Assembly: GCA_963705505.1 (NCBI GenBank)
Contig: CAVPJU010000006.1
Span: 757,073 to 821,072, forward strand
Length of the DNA stretch: 64,000 nucleotides
Direction of reading: 5' to 3'
From: an uncultured bacterium
GTDB lineage: Bacteria > Desulfobacterota_D > UBA1144 > Nemesobacterales > UBA2774
The position numbers and the translations under genes are program-made. Shown here piece after piece: positions 29,823-40,381 of this stretch. Every line of letters begins with the position of its first letter. The first letter of the stretch is position 1. The notes below the pieces were generated by a model. That model was not told where the DNA came from. It saw nothing but the letters and a program-made list of their open reading frames with translations, and made no database searches.

Positions 29823-31298
29823 TTAAGTCCTTCCCAGGAGCATTTTGTAATGTTTTAGGTATACCCTGCTCGACTTTCTCCATGAAAAATCCATCCTCAT
29901 CCCGGTTTTAATCAATTGGATCCATTCTTCGTGATTTTTATATACTCTTAATGCCCTTTCGATGGAATTTACCAAATCATTTTCATTGAAATGATTAAAA
30001 ATGAAGCCGTTCCCTGCTTCCCTGTTTTCGCTGTAATCCGTAATCGTATCGAGAAGCCCGCCTGTTCCTCTTACGATCGGGATCGTTCCGTATTTGAGTG
30101 AAATCAATTGGCCCAGGCCGCAGGGCTCGAATCTCGACGGCATAAGGAACATGTCGCATCCGGCATATATACGCCTTGCCTCGGTCTCGTCGTAACCTAT
30201 AATCGCTTTGAAATTGCCTCTGTAATCATCGGAAACGTCTTTCAGCAATTTTTCGTATCTCTTGTCTCCCCTTCCAAGTATGACAAGGTCTACGTCAAGG
30301 TCGAGAATGCTGTTGAGCGATCTTACTACAAGGTCCACCCCCTTTTGGAGGGCGAGGCGCGAGATCACGCCTATAAGCGGCTTATGTCCGTTTCCGTCGA
30401 ATCCCAAGAGATTCTTTAGTTTCGCTTTATTTTGAAATTTGCCGTCGAGGTCGTCGTATCCGTAATTAAAGAAGATCGCCTTATCCCTTTCGGGGTCCCA
30501 GTCATCGTAATCTATGCCGTTCAGGATGCCCGCAAGCTTCCCTTCGCTCGCGATTGCGCGGAGCACACCGTCGAGACCGTATCCGTATTCGCGCGTCCTG
30601 ATCTCTCTCGCATAAGTAGGGCTCACCGTAGTGACAAGATCGGATGTGATCAGGCCGCCCTTTAGGAGATTTACCCTTCCGTAGAACTCCAGGTGCTCCG
30701 TATTGAAGAGAGATTGGCTGAGTCCGAACTTGTCCAGAATTTCTTTTCCGTATATACCCTGATAGGAAATATTGTGAATCGTGAATACGAGCTTCGAGTC
30801 GTAGAAAAACGGATCGTTATTGTAGTGTTTTTTCCACCTGAGAGCTATGGGAACCATAGCGGACTGCCAGTCGTTGCAATGTATGATTTCGGGCTTGAAA
30901 TTCAGGGCTTTTGCGATCTCGAGCGCCCCGAGAGAAAAGAATCCGAAACGGAGGTCGTTATCATGATAGTCCCCGTTAGGGGCCGTATAAAGGGAATCAC
31001 GGTCAAAGAATTCTTCATTGCAAAGAAGATAGACCGTTACGCCTTCTACTTTTGTCTCTTTTATCTTTCCTTTATAAGCGAGCCAGTCGATGCTCACCAG
31101 CACCTCCTGGCTCAAAGTTTTAACCTTTAGTTTTAATTGCCTTAGATTTTTTTCTACCTCTTTGTAATAAGGGAGTATTACCCTGACATCGCATCCGATT
31201 TCGTTTAATTTTTTTGGAAGCACGCCTATGACGTCCGCAAGCCCGCCTGTTTTAGCGAGAGGCTCCATTTCGGAGGCGATAAATAAGACCTTAATCAA
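29823..31298 (-). CDS. glgA: Glycogen synthase
   Basis: SEMEPLAKTGGLADV, HCNDWQ, TIHN, SRLALQKG, PSRFEPCGLGQL. Confidence 0.96.
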   Translation of the reverse strand: MIKVLFIASEMEPLAKTGGLADVIGVLPKKLNEIGCDVRVILPYYKEVEKNLRQLKLKVKTLSQEVLVSIDWLAYKGKIKETKVEGVTVYLLCNEEFFDRDSLYTAPNGDYHDNDLRFGFFSLGALEIAKALNFKPEIIHCNDWQSAMVPIALRWKKHYNNDPFFYDSKLVFTIHNISYQGIYGKEILDKFGLSQSLFNTEHLEFYGRVNLLKGGLITSDLVTTVSPTYAREIRTREYGYGLDGVLRAIASEGKLAGILNGIDYDDWDPERDKAIFFNYGYDDLDGKFQNKAKLKNLLGFDGNGHKPLIGVISRLALQKGVDLVVRSLNSILDLDVDLVILGRGDKRYEKLLKDVSDDYRGNFKAIIGYDETEARRIYAGCDMFLMPSRFEPCGLGQLISLKYGTIPIVRGTGGLLDTITDYSENREAGNGFIFNHFNENDLVNSIERALRVYKNHEEWIQLIKTGMRMDFSWRKSSRVYLKHYKMLLGRT

Positions 31299-31398
31299 TT
31301 AATCACTCCCTCTTGTTTTTTCAAACCAGAGCAGTTTTGAGGTAAGTATAAATATCAATTAAGTAGAATGTAATTCCCATAATAAACTTACCAGACTT

Positions 31399-32919
31399 TT
31401 AGCCTCTGTTATTAATTTCGGTAATGCTCCTTAATTTTTTCGTTAAATTCCCATCTAAATCGTTCGGCTGTAACCTCCACTTCCAGTTCCCGGTTTTCGT
31501 TGACGGCTTATTCATCTTGGCCCGCGCCCCGAGTCCGAGAATGTCCTGCATCGGGATTATCGAGGTGTCGGCTATTGACGACATGGCGAGGCCTATAAAT
31601 TCCCAGTTGACTTCGCCGACGCCCGGTTTCCGTCCGATGTATTTGTAAAACCTTTCTTTTTCGGTTTTTCCGGCGTCTTCATTCCACCATCCCATCACAG
31701 TATTATTGTCATGAGTGCCTGTATATACGACACAGTTGGTATTAGTGTAATTTTTTGGCAGGTAATCACCGTAGGGGAAATCGTTGCCGAACGCAAAGAG
31801 CAGTATCTTCATCCCGGGAAGGTCGTATCGTTTGATGATTTCCTTTACGTCCGGGGTAATGTACCCGAGGTCCTCTGCAATGAACCTGGATTTCTCAAAG
31901 CGTGAGAAGATTTTATCGAAGAAGCTCACGGCGTCGAGGTCGACCCATTTGCCGTTTAGTGCGGTCTTTTCTCCCGCTTTCACTTCCCAGTACGAAACGA
32001 ATCCCCTGAAATGGTCGAGTCTCAGGTCATCGAACAATGTCAGGTTGTGTCCTATGCGGTTTACCCACCATTCGAATCCGGTCGCTTTTAACATGTCCCA
32101 GTCGTAAACCGGGTTTCCCCAGAGCTGTCCTGTTTTGCTGAAATAATCGGGCGGGACCCCCGAGACGAACCGAGGAGCCTTGTCTTCACCCAGTTTGAAT
32201 AATTCGGGATGCGTCCAGACTTCGGAACTGTCGTAATTTATGTAGTAGGGGATGTCCCCAATGATTTCAATCTCCCTGTCGTTGGCGTATTTCTTTAATG
32301 AATTCCACTGGCCGAAGAACAGGTATTGAAGAAATTTATGGTATAGAATATCGGACTCCGCCTTTTCTCTCCACTCCCCGAGAGCCTTTTCGTCTCTATC
32401 CCTCAATAGGGGGGGCAGCGCGCTCCATGACTTGAACTTTAAATCTTCTTTAAGTGAGGCGTAGAGCGCGTAGTCGTCGAGCCAGTGTTTCTGTTTTAGG
32501 GAGAACTCGGCGAATTCACTATCCCGGGGCAGATGGGACCGGGCATTCGCAAAGGCGATTTTAAATAGCTCGTCCTTATATCCTGAGACCTCCCCGTAGT
32601 TGACATTGCCGGTCTCGAAACCGCTTTTTCTGTTTAAATCAGCGGCTGAAATGTATCCCGCATCCTTCATCAGCTCCGGGCTTATCAGGAGAGGGTTTCC
32701 GGCATAGGATGAGGGGCCGCTGTAGGGGGAGTTGCCGTACACCTCATCGGTCGGGTTAAGCGGCAGGACCTGCCAGTAGGACTGAAGCGATTCGGAGAGA
32801 AAGTCGGCGAACCTGCGGGATTCCGGACCCAAGTCTCCTATGCCGAAAGGAGAGGGAAGCGACGTGATATGGAGGAGAATTCCGTTCTTTCTCTTTTTCA
32901 TCTTTTTAACTGCGGTCAA
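31399..32919 (-). CDS. malQ: 4-alpha-glucanotransferase (GH77)
   Basis: GILLHITSLP, WQVLPL, GVPPDYFS, RLDHFRG, AEDLG, YTGTHDN. Confidence 0.96.
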   Translation of the reverse strand: MTAVKKMKKRKNGILLHITSLPSPFGIGDLGPESRRFADFLSESLQSYWQVLPLNPTDEVYGNSPYSGPSSYAGNPLLISPELMKDAGYISAADLNRKSGFETGNVNYGEVSGYKDELFKIAFANARSHLPRDSEFAEFSLKQKHWLDDYALYASLKEDLKFKSWSALPPLLRDRDEKALGEWREKAESDILYHKFLQYLFFGQWNSLKKYANDREIEIIGDIPYYINYDSSEVWTHPELFKLGEDKAPRFVSGVPPDYFSKTGQLWGNPVYDWDMLKATGFEWWVNRIGHNLTLFDDLRLDHFRGFVSYWEVKAGEKTALNGKWVDLDAVSFFDKIFSRFEKSRFIAEDLGYITPDVKEIIKRYDLPGMKILLFAFGNDFPYGDYLPKNYTNTNCVVYTGTHDNNTVMGWWNEDAGKTEKERFYKYIGRKPGVGEVNWEFIGLAMSSIADTSIIPMQDILGLGARAKMNKPSTKTGNWKWRLQPNDLDGNLTKKLRSITEINNRG

Positions 32920-32940
32920 TGAGATATCGGGATTCCGGAT

Positions 32941-35109
32941 TCATCCGGTTCTGTAAATCGGCTTTAAGACCGCAAGGGACCTGTCGAGCATCCTGTATTG
33001 TTCTCCTGAACCGATTCTCCCCGCGCTTCCCCGGGTCCCCGGGGACGAGGTATCGATAATAATCTCCCATATTCCGGATACCCCGTTTAACGGGATAATG
33101 AACTCAATCTCTTCTGTTCCTGCGTTCATTAATATCATGAGGGTGTTATCAAATTTAGGCTTCGTTTCCTTCTTAATATTTTTCAGGTTGTCGCCCGCTT
33201 TTATCAATCCCAGGGCGCTGAGGTTTCCCGATTGCCAGTCTCCGTTCGTCATTTCTTTTCCGTCCGGTCGGAACCACGTAAGGTCTTTAAACCCGTTGTG
33301 TTTAACTATGTTCCCGTGAAAAAATTTCCCCTGATTCAGAATCGGGTGCTTATGGCGAAAATCAATCATCATCTGAGTGAATTCGAGGAATTCCGTTTTT
33401 GACTTATCCAAATTCCAATCTACCCATGAGATTTCGTTGTCCTGACAGTATGCGTTATTATTTCCCTTCTGCGTTCTTCCTATTTCGTCCCCCGCAAGGA
33501 GCGTCGGGATCCCTTGAGACAGGAAGAGCGTCGCGATGAAATTACGCTTTTGCCTTTTTCTTTTTTTGTTGATTACGGGATCGTTGGTCGGTCCCTCCGT
33601 GCCGAAGTTATAACTGAAGTTCGAGTTTCCTCCGTCGTTATTCTTTTCAAGATTGGCCTCGTTATGTTTCTGATTATATTGAACGAGGTCCTCAAGTGTA
33701 AAGCCGTCGTGAGATGCGACGTAATTAACGCTTGAGTAAGGCCCCCTGGCCTTCCGTGCGTATAAGTCGCTCGAGCCGCTGATACGGTATGCAATTTCGC
33801 CCAGCTGCCCGTTATCGCTCCGCCAGAAGCGCCTGACCGAGTTTCTGTACCGGTCGTTCCACTCTGACCACGGGTCGGGGAAATTGCCAGCCTGATAACC
33901 TCCGGGTCCGAGGTCCCACGGTTCCGCGATCAGCTTCACACGCGAGAGCACCGGGTCCTTTGCGATCATATCGAACAGAGGGCTTGATTTGTCGAACTCG
34001 GGCCGCTCTCTGAAAAGCGCGGTCGCCAGATCGAATCTGAATCCGTCGACGTGCATTTCCGTGACCCAGTATTTAAGGCTGTCGAATATCAATCTCATGA
34101 CCGCGGGGTTAGCCGAGTTGATCGTATTTCCGCATCCCGTGTAGTTCACATACTGCCCTTTGTCGTCCGGAACGATGCGGTAGTAGGAAGTATTGTCGAT
34201 TCCCCTGAATGAGAGACTGGGCCCCCTGTCCCCGCCCTCTGCCGTGTGGTTGTAAACTACATCGAGCATCACTTCAAAACCTTCCCTGTGCAGGGTTTTG
34301 ACCATTTTTTTAAATTCGGTCACCTGCTGACCGCGTGCTCCGGTGCTTGAAAACCTGATATCGGGAGCGAAAAAGCCTATCGAGTTGTATCCCCAGTAAT
34401 TGCTGAGTCCGTTTTCGAGGAGTATCTTTTCCGACACCCTATGGTGTACGGGCATGAGCTCCAGAGTCGTAACGCCGAGAGAGTGCAGGTAATCGATGAC
34501 AGGGGGAGCGGTGAGCCCCGTATAGGTGCCTCTCAATTCTTCGGGTATATCCGGGCGAAGAGCGGTAAACCCCTTGACATGCAGTTCGTAGATTATTGTC
34601 TTATCCCAGGGTATCTTGGGCGGGGAGTCCTTCCCCCAGTCAAACGACGGATCGATGACCACCGATTTCGGCATGTAGGCTCCGCTGTCCCTCGTATCGG
34701 GCAGAGGGTCAGTGCTCTTTACGTATTGCCTGTAGTCGTAATGAACCCCGCTCAGCTTTATTTCCCCCGAGATTGCCCTGGAATACGGGTCAAGGAGGAG
34801 CTTGTTGGGGTTAAACCTGAGGCCCTTGGCGGGATTATACGGTCCGTAAACCCTGTATCCGTAGAGCTGTCCCGGTTTCAGACCTGCTATATATGCATGC
34901 CGGATATGGCCTGTCCTCGATGTAAGCGGGACCCTGGCAACCTCGGGGTTCGGGATAGCCCTGTCAAAGAGGCATAATTCGACCGACTCAGCGAACTCGG
35001 AGAATATTGCGAAATTAACGCCCGAGCCGTCCCACGAGGCCCCGAGCGGTTCGGGTCTCCCTGGTGAGATATTTGATGATCTACCGTTTCCGGATGCGTT
35101 TCTATTCAA
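32941..35109 (-). CDS. glgX: Glycogen debranching enzyme
   Basis: PLGASWDG, NYWGY, DVVYNHTAEG, DGFRFDLA, AEPWD, HDGFTL, NNNAYCQDNE. Confidence 0.96.
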   Translation of the reverse strand: MNRNASGNGRSSNISPGRPEPLGASWDGSGVNFAIFSEFAESVELCLFDRAIPNPEVARVPLTSRTGHIRHAYIAGLKPGQLYGYRVYGPYNPAKGLRFNPNKLLLDPYSRAISGEIKLSGVHYDYRQYVKSTDPLPDTRDSGAYMPKSVVIDPSFDWGKDSPPKIPWDKTIIYELHVKGFTALRPDIPEELRGTYTGLTAPPVIDYLHSLGVTTLELMPVHHRVSEKILLENGLSNYWGYNSIGFFAPDIRFSSTGARGQQVTEFKKMVKTLHREGFEVMLDVVYNHTAEGGDRGPSLSFRGIDNTSYYRIVPDDKGQYVNYTGCGNTINSANPAVMRLIFDSLKYWVTEMHVDGFRFDLATALFRERPEFDKSSPLFDMIAKDPVLSRVKLIAEPWDLGPGGYQAGNFPDPWSEWNDRYRNSVRRFWRSDNGQLGEIAYRISGSSDLYARKARGPYSSVNYVASHDGFTLEDLVQYNQKHNEANLEKNNDGGNSNFSYNFGTEGPTNDPVINKKRKRQKRNFIATLFLSQGIPTLLAGDEIGRTQKGNNNAYCQDNEISWVDWNLDKSKTEFLEFTQMMIDFRHKHPILNQGKFFHGNIVKHNGFKDLTWFRPDGKEMTNGDWQSGNLSALGLIKAGDNLKNIKKETKPKFDNTLMILMNAGTEEIEFIIPLNGVSGIWEIIIDTSSPGTRGSAGRIGSGEQYRMLDRSLAVLKPIYRTG

Positions 35110-35161
35110 AATGGGCTATCGATACAATTGATCTTAAGAGAAAATCATAGAAATTATACAG

Positions 35162-37078
35162 TCATCCTTCGTATTTGAAGAATAATACTCCCAAGGGCGG
35201 GATATTTATTTCTATAACATTGTTATATCCGTTTGACTGAGTCCAGACCCCGCCATAGTTACCGACTCCGCTACCTCCGTAGAAATGGGAGTCGCTGTTC
35301 AAGCGCTCGCTCCAGCGCCCGGCCCTGGGTACTCTGATTTTATAGTGTTTTCTCGGGACGGGTGTGAAATTGCATACAACCAGCACCATCTCCTTTTCAC
35401 CGCGGCTCTTTCTCAGAAAACTGATGACGCTCTGCTCGTAGTCCTTGAAGTCCGCCCACTCGAACCCTTCGTATGAAAAATCGATCTCGTGCATGGCCGC
35501 CTCGCTTTTATAGAACCTGTTGAGGTCCTCGACCCAGCGCCTGAGACCGCCGTGGAGAGGGTAATCGAGGAGGTGCCAGTCTAAGCTGCCCTCGTGGTTC
35601 CACTCGTTCCACTGGCCGATCTCCCCTCCCATGAACAGTAGCTTTTTTCCCGGATGGCCGAACATATATCCGAAAAGTGCCCTCAGGTTCGCGAACTTCT
35701 GCCAGAGGTCGCCCGGCATCCTGCTTAAGAGTGACCCTTTTTGGTGGACCACCTCGTCGTGAGAAAAGGGGAGCACGAAATTTTCGGCAAACGTATACAT
35801 GATGCTGAACGTGAGATCGTTATGGTGGTATTTTCTGTGAACGGGGTTCTTGGAAAAATAATCGAGGGTATCGTGCATCCACCCCATGTTCCACTTCATA
35901 CCGAACCCCAAGCCCCCTACGTACGTCGGCCGGGAGACCATAGGCCAGGCGGTGGATTCTTCGGCTATTGTCTGAACATCCGGATGATGAGCGTAGACCG
36001 ACTCGTTTAATTCCTTAATAAAATCGATCGCGCGCAGATTCTCATTGCCTCCGTACTCGTTGGGTATCCACTCGCCTTCTTTACGGCTGTAATTGAGATA
36101 GAGCATAGATGCGACGGCGTCCACCCTGATACCATCGATGTGGTATTTGTCGAACCAGTACATTGCGCTGCTTTTAAGGAATGCCCTGACCTCGTTCCTG
36201 TTGTAGTTGAAAATATAGGAACTCCAGTCGGGGTGAAACCCCTTTTTCGGGTCAGCGTGCTCATAGAGGTGAGTGCCGTCGAAGTAGACGAGACCGTGCT
36301 CGTCGCCGGGAAAGTGGGATGGGACCCAGTCCAGAATAACCCCTATATTGTTTTGATGCAGCGTATCCACGAGATACATGAAGTCTTCAGGACTGCCGTA
36401 CCTGCTCGTCGGAGCGAAGTATCCCGTTATCTGGTAGCCCCATGACCCGTAGAACGGATGCTCCATGACAGGGAGGAATTCCACGTGCGTGAATCCCGTC
36501 GCCTTGACGTATTCCGCGAGTTGATTGGCTATTTCCCCGTACGTGAGGGACCTGTGTCCTTCTTCGGGAACCCTCTTCCATGAGCCTATATGTAGTTCAT
36601 ATACGGAGATGGGCGAATCGAGGGAGTTATATCTCGACCTCTTTTCGAGCCATTCCCCGTCGCGCCATTTATAATCGGGCTCCCATACGATCGAAGCTGT
36701 CTTCGGCGGTAATTCGGAGCGCCGGGCGTAGGGGTCTGCCTTCTCGACCCTGTACTTATTGAACTTCGATTCGATGTAGTACTTATAGACTTCTCCTTTT
36801 CCCAGCCCCGGAATGAACGTTTCCCAGATCCCCGATTCGTCCCATCTGGGCTGAAGTCGATGGGAGCCCTTATTCCAGCCGTTGAAGTCCCCGATAACGG
36901 AGACGTATTCGGCGTTAGGCGCCCAGAGGGCGAAATGCACTCCCAGGGTTCCGTCAGACTCTATAATATGGGAGCCCAGCTTCTCGTACATATTTGTATG
37001 AGCGCCCTGCTTGAAAAGGTAGACATCATAATCGGTGATAGTCCCCGGGACGTTTTTCAGCGTTTCATTCTGATTCAT
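35162..37078 (-). CDS. glgB: 1,4-alpha-glucan branching enzyme
   Basis: WAPNA, SWGYQ, DWVPSHF, DGIRVDAVASMLY, AEEST, SHDEVVH. Confidence 0.97.
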   Translation of the reverse strand: MNQNETLKNVPGTITDYDVYLFKQGAHTNMYEKLGSHIIESDGTLGVHFALWAPNAEYVSVIGDFNGWNKGSHRLQPRWDESGIWETFIPGLGKGEVYKYYIESKFNKYRVEKADPYARRSELPPKTASIVWEPDYKWRDGEWLEKRSRYNSLDSPISVYELHIGSWKRVPEEGHRSLTYGEIANQLAEYVKATGFTHVEFLPVMEHPFYGSWGYQITGYFAPTSRYGSPEDFMYLVDTLHQNNIGVILDWVPSHFPGDEHGLVYFDGTHLYEHADPKKGFHPDWSSYIFNYNRNEVRAFLKSSAMYWFDKYHIDGIRVDAVASMLYLNYSRKEGEWIPNEYGGNENLRAIDFIKELNESVYAHHPDVQTIAEESTAWPMVSRPTYVGGLGFGMKWNMGWMHDTLDYFSKNPVHRKYHHNDLTFSIMYTFAENFVLPFSHDEVVHQKGSLLSRMPGDLWQKFANLRALFGYMFGHPGKKLLFMGGEIGQWNEWNHEGSLDWHLLDYPLHGGLRRWVEDLNRFYKSEAAMHEIDFSYEGFEWADFKDYEQSVISFLRKSRGEKEMVLVVCNFTPVPRKHYKIRVPRAGRWSERLNSDSHFYGGSGVGNYGGVWTQSNGYNNVIEINIPPLGVLFFKYEG

Positions 37079-37271
37079 AGAATGCGAGATACTGTATTTT
37101 TTGTTGGTATTTCGAATTTTTATTATACACTGTTACTGAAAGAGCATAACCTATGATCTTTAACTTCACCTTTAAAGGTACGTATAATTATCTCGTGACG
37201 GCATTAGACATATAAGTATATTTCCGGTAACTATAACTTGGCTCGACAATATTAAAATATAAACAGCTAAT

Positions 37272-39737
37272 ATGATGGAATTCGATTCCGCGCTAAAAAT
37301 ATCCTATGACTCGGGCTTCCTCCGGGGCAGGATACTCTATCATCTGAAGTACTCGATGGGCAAAAAGCTCACCGATGCTTCAAATAACGATCTGTTTCAT
37401 TCCATTTCCCTGGCGATCCGTGAGCTGATAATAGACGGGATGTTCGAGACACAGGAGTTATACGACAGTAAAGACCCCAAGAGGGTCTACTGCCTTTCAC
37501 TCGAATATCTTATAGGCCGGTCGCTAACAAATAACCTGATCAACCTCGGATTATACGAGCTCTGCAGGGATACGCTTAAGGCCCTGGGTGTTGAACTGTC
37601 CGACATAGTCGAAACGGAGTCCGACCCCGCTCTGGGAAACGGCGGCCTCGGCAGGCTCGCTGCGTGTTTCTTGGATTCGCTGGCGACGCTCGCGATCCCC
37701 GGGTTCGGGTACGGCATAAATTATGATTACGGTATTTTCAAGCAGGACATTGTCAACGGCTATCAGGTGGAGTATCCCGACCACTGGCTGGGAGAGGAAT
37801 CGCCCTGGCTCATTGAAAGGTCCGACGATATATGCGTCGTCCCTATATACGGCCAGGTCAAGATCGAAAAAGACATGAATGGAAATTACAGGTCGACGTG
37901 GAAGGATTGGAAGTTCCTGTACGGGATTCCCCATGATATGCCTATCGTCGGGTACGGAAGCGGGACCGTCAATTATTTAAGGCTTTATTCGGCACGGTCA
38001 TCGAATGAATTCGATGTAAAGATTTTCAACAGCGGCGACTATATGAAGGCCGTCGAGCAGAAAATGACTTCGGAGACCATATCCAAAATCCTATATCCTT
38101 CGGATACCGTGGAGCAGGGAAAAGAGCTGAGAGTCATTCAGGAATATTTCCTGGTATCGTGCGCAGTCCGCGATATCGTAAGGAAGTTTCTGAGAAAACA
38201 CGACGGGTTCGGGAACTTTGCCTCGAAGGTCGCCATACAGCTGAACGATACGCACCCGGCTCTGGCCATAGCGGAGCTTATGAGGATACTCGTCGACGAA
38301 AATGATATCGCATGGGACAGGGCGTGGGCGATAACGGAATCCACGTTCGGTTTTACGAACCACACACTGCTTCCCGAGGCAATGGAGAAGTGGCCGATAT
38401 CTCTCTTCGAGCGTGTCATACCGCGTCACTTGGAGATAATCTACGATATCAACGACAGGTTCCTTAAAAAGATCAAATCGAGGTGGCCGGAAGACCCTAA
38501 CCGCATTAGCAGGATGTCCCTTGTCGAAGAGGCAAACGGCAAGAGAATACGGATGGCCCATCTGTCCATAGTCGGGAGCCATTCCGTTAACGGCGTTGCC
38601 GCGCTGCATTCGGAGCTTATAAAGACATCTCTCGTCCCCGACTTTTATGAGCTCTGGCCTGAGAAGTTCAACAATAAAACCAACGGTATAACTCAGCGGA
38701 GATGGCTGCTCATATGCAATCCCGGTCTCGCGAGCCTCATAAACAGAACGATAGGCGACGGATGGATAACCGACCTCTATAAATTGAGGCCTCTTGAAGA
38801 TTATGCCGGGAACGAAACATTCCAGCGGGAGTTTCTGGAAGTAAAAAAGGAGAATAAGGCGAATCTGGCTAAATTAATCCAAAAAATCACGCGCATCTCC
38901 GTGAATCCCGCGAGCTTATTCGACGTCCAGATAAAACGAATTCACGAATACAAGCGCCAGCTGCTCAACATTATGCATATCATTCATCAATACTTCAGCG
39001 TTGCCGAAGACGGTGCGGTGCTCAACACGCCGAGGACATACATATTCGCCGGAAAGGCCGCTCCCGGATACTGGGCGGCCAAACAGATCATAAAGCTCAT
39101 CAATAATGTGGCGAATGTCGTTAATAATGACCCCAGGGTGAACGATCAGATCAAGGTCATCTTTATCCCGGACTATAAGGTGACACTTGCCGAAAAGATA
39201 ATACCTGCTGCCGATTTGAGCGAGCAGATATCCACCGCTGGGAAGGAAGCCTCGGGGACCGGCAACATGAAACTCGCCCTGAACGGCGCTCTTACGATAG
39301 GAACAATGGACGGGGCGAACATCGAGATCAGGGAGGAGGTGGGGGAGGAAAACATATTCATATTCGGCTTGAGAGCCGAAGAGATCATGGAGATGAAAAA
39401 ATCCCATAGTTATAATCCCAGAAAGATTTATGAGGAGAGCCCGAGCATAAAAAGGGTTATGGACTCATTCGAATCGGACGTGTTTTGCAAGGAAGAGCAC
39501 GGAATATTCAAATGGATTTATGAAGCCCTGCTGATGAACGGCGATGTCTATTTCCATATCGCTGATTTCGAATCCTATATTAAGACTCAGCAAATCGTCG
39601 GTCAGGAGTTTAAGCAGACGGGGGATTGGGCGAGAAAGGCGATTTTTAACGTCGCCCGCATCGGTAAGTTCTCAAGCGACCGCACGATTTCCGAATATGC
39701 GGGGGATATTTGGAAGACAAGGCCTATAAAGGATTAA
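37272..39737 (+). CDS. glgP: Glycogen/alpha-glucan phosphorylase
   Basis: LGNGGLGRLAACF, NDTHP, TNHT, KRIHEYKRQ, EASGTGNMK (PLP Lys), FSSDRTI. Confidence 0.97.
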   Translation: MMEFDSALKISYDSGFLRGRILYHLKYSMGKKLTDASNNDLFHSISLAIRELIIDGMFETQELYDSKDPKRVYCLSLEYLIGRSLTNNLINLGLYELCRDTLKALGVELSDIVETESDPALGNGGLGRLAACFLDSLATLAIPGFGYGINYDYGIFKQDIVNGYQVEYPDHWLGEESPWLIERSDDICVVPIYGQVKIEKDMNGNYRSTWKDWKFLYGIPHDMPIVGYGSGTVNYLRLYSARSSNEFDVKIFNSGDYMKAVEQKMTSETISKILYPSDTVEQGKELRVIQEYFLVSCAVRDIVRKFLRKHDGFGNFASKVAIQLNDTHPALAIAELMRILVDENDIAWDRAWAITESTFGFTNHTLLPEAMEKWPISLFERVIPRHLEIIYDINDRFLKKIKSRWPEDPNRISRMSLVEEANGKRIRMAHLSIVGSHSVNGVAALHSELIKTSLVPDFYELWPEKFNNKTNGITQRRWLLICNPGLASLINRTIGDGWITDLYKLRPLEDYAGNETFQREFLEVKKENKANLAKLIQKITRISVNPASLFDVQIKRIHEYKRQLLNIMHIIHQYFSVAEDGAVLNTPRTYIFAGKAAPGYWAAKQIIKLINNVANVVNNDPRVNDQIKVIFIPDYKVTLAEKIIPAADLSEQISTAGKEASGTGNMKLALNGALTIGTMDGANIEIREEVGEENIFIFGLRAEEIMEMKKSHSYNPRKIYEESPSIKRVMDSFESDVFCKEEHGIFKWIYEALLMNGDVYFHIADFESYIKTQQIVGQEFKQTGDWARKAIFNVARIGKFSSDRTISEYAGDIWKTRPIKD

Positions 39738-39825
39738 ACCGTTTTCCCCGTTTAATTGTGTTCCCGGGATTCCCGCCTGCAGGCAAATTGACAATAAAAT
39801 ACATCTGAGGTTAGATTCATACGCA

Positions 39826-40377
39826 GTGACATCGGAAAAGAAAGAAAGATTAAAGCGTATACTCCTTGAGAACTCGATACTGAGGGGAAAATTCACACTC
39901 TCCTCGGGCAGTGAAAGCGATTATTACATAGACGCGAGGCTCACGACGCTCCATCCGGAGGGCGTCTATCTCGTCGGTGAGATTCTACTCGAAGAAATAA
40001 AGCGGGACCCCCTCATCAATGCGGTCGGAGGGCCTACTATGGGGGCCGACCCCATTGTGGGCTCGGTACTCTGCGCGAGCCACAGGGAGAATCACCCGCT
40101 TAGCGGTTTCCTCGTTCGGAAACAGGGGAAAGGCCACGGCACCGAAAAGCTGATAGAGGGCAACCTGAAGCCGGATGACAATGCGGCTATCGTGGAGGAC
40201 GTCGTTACCACGGGCGGGTCGGTAATAACTGCGATAAATGCGGTCCTGAATATGGGCGCCAGGGTGAGGAAAGTCCTCGTTATAGTTGACCGAGAGGAAG
40301 GGGCGGGGCGCAAATTCATGGAAATGGATATCGACTATTACTCAATATTCACTATCTCAGAGCTCCTTGAGCGCTGA
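39826..40377 (+). CDS. pyrE: Orotate phosphoribosyltransferase
   Basis: FTLSSG, YYID, RKQGKGHG, VEDVVTTGGS, DREEG. Confidence 0.95.
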   Translation: MTSEKKERLKRILLENSILRGKFTLSSGSESDYYIDARLTTLHPEGVYLVGEILLEEIKRDPLINAVGGPTMGADPIVGSVLCASHRENHPLSGFLVRKQGKGHGTEKLIEGNLKPDDNAAIVEDVVTTGGSVITAINAVLNMGARVRKVLVIVDREEGAGRKFMEMDIDYYSIFTISELLER

Positions 40378-40381
40378 ATAG

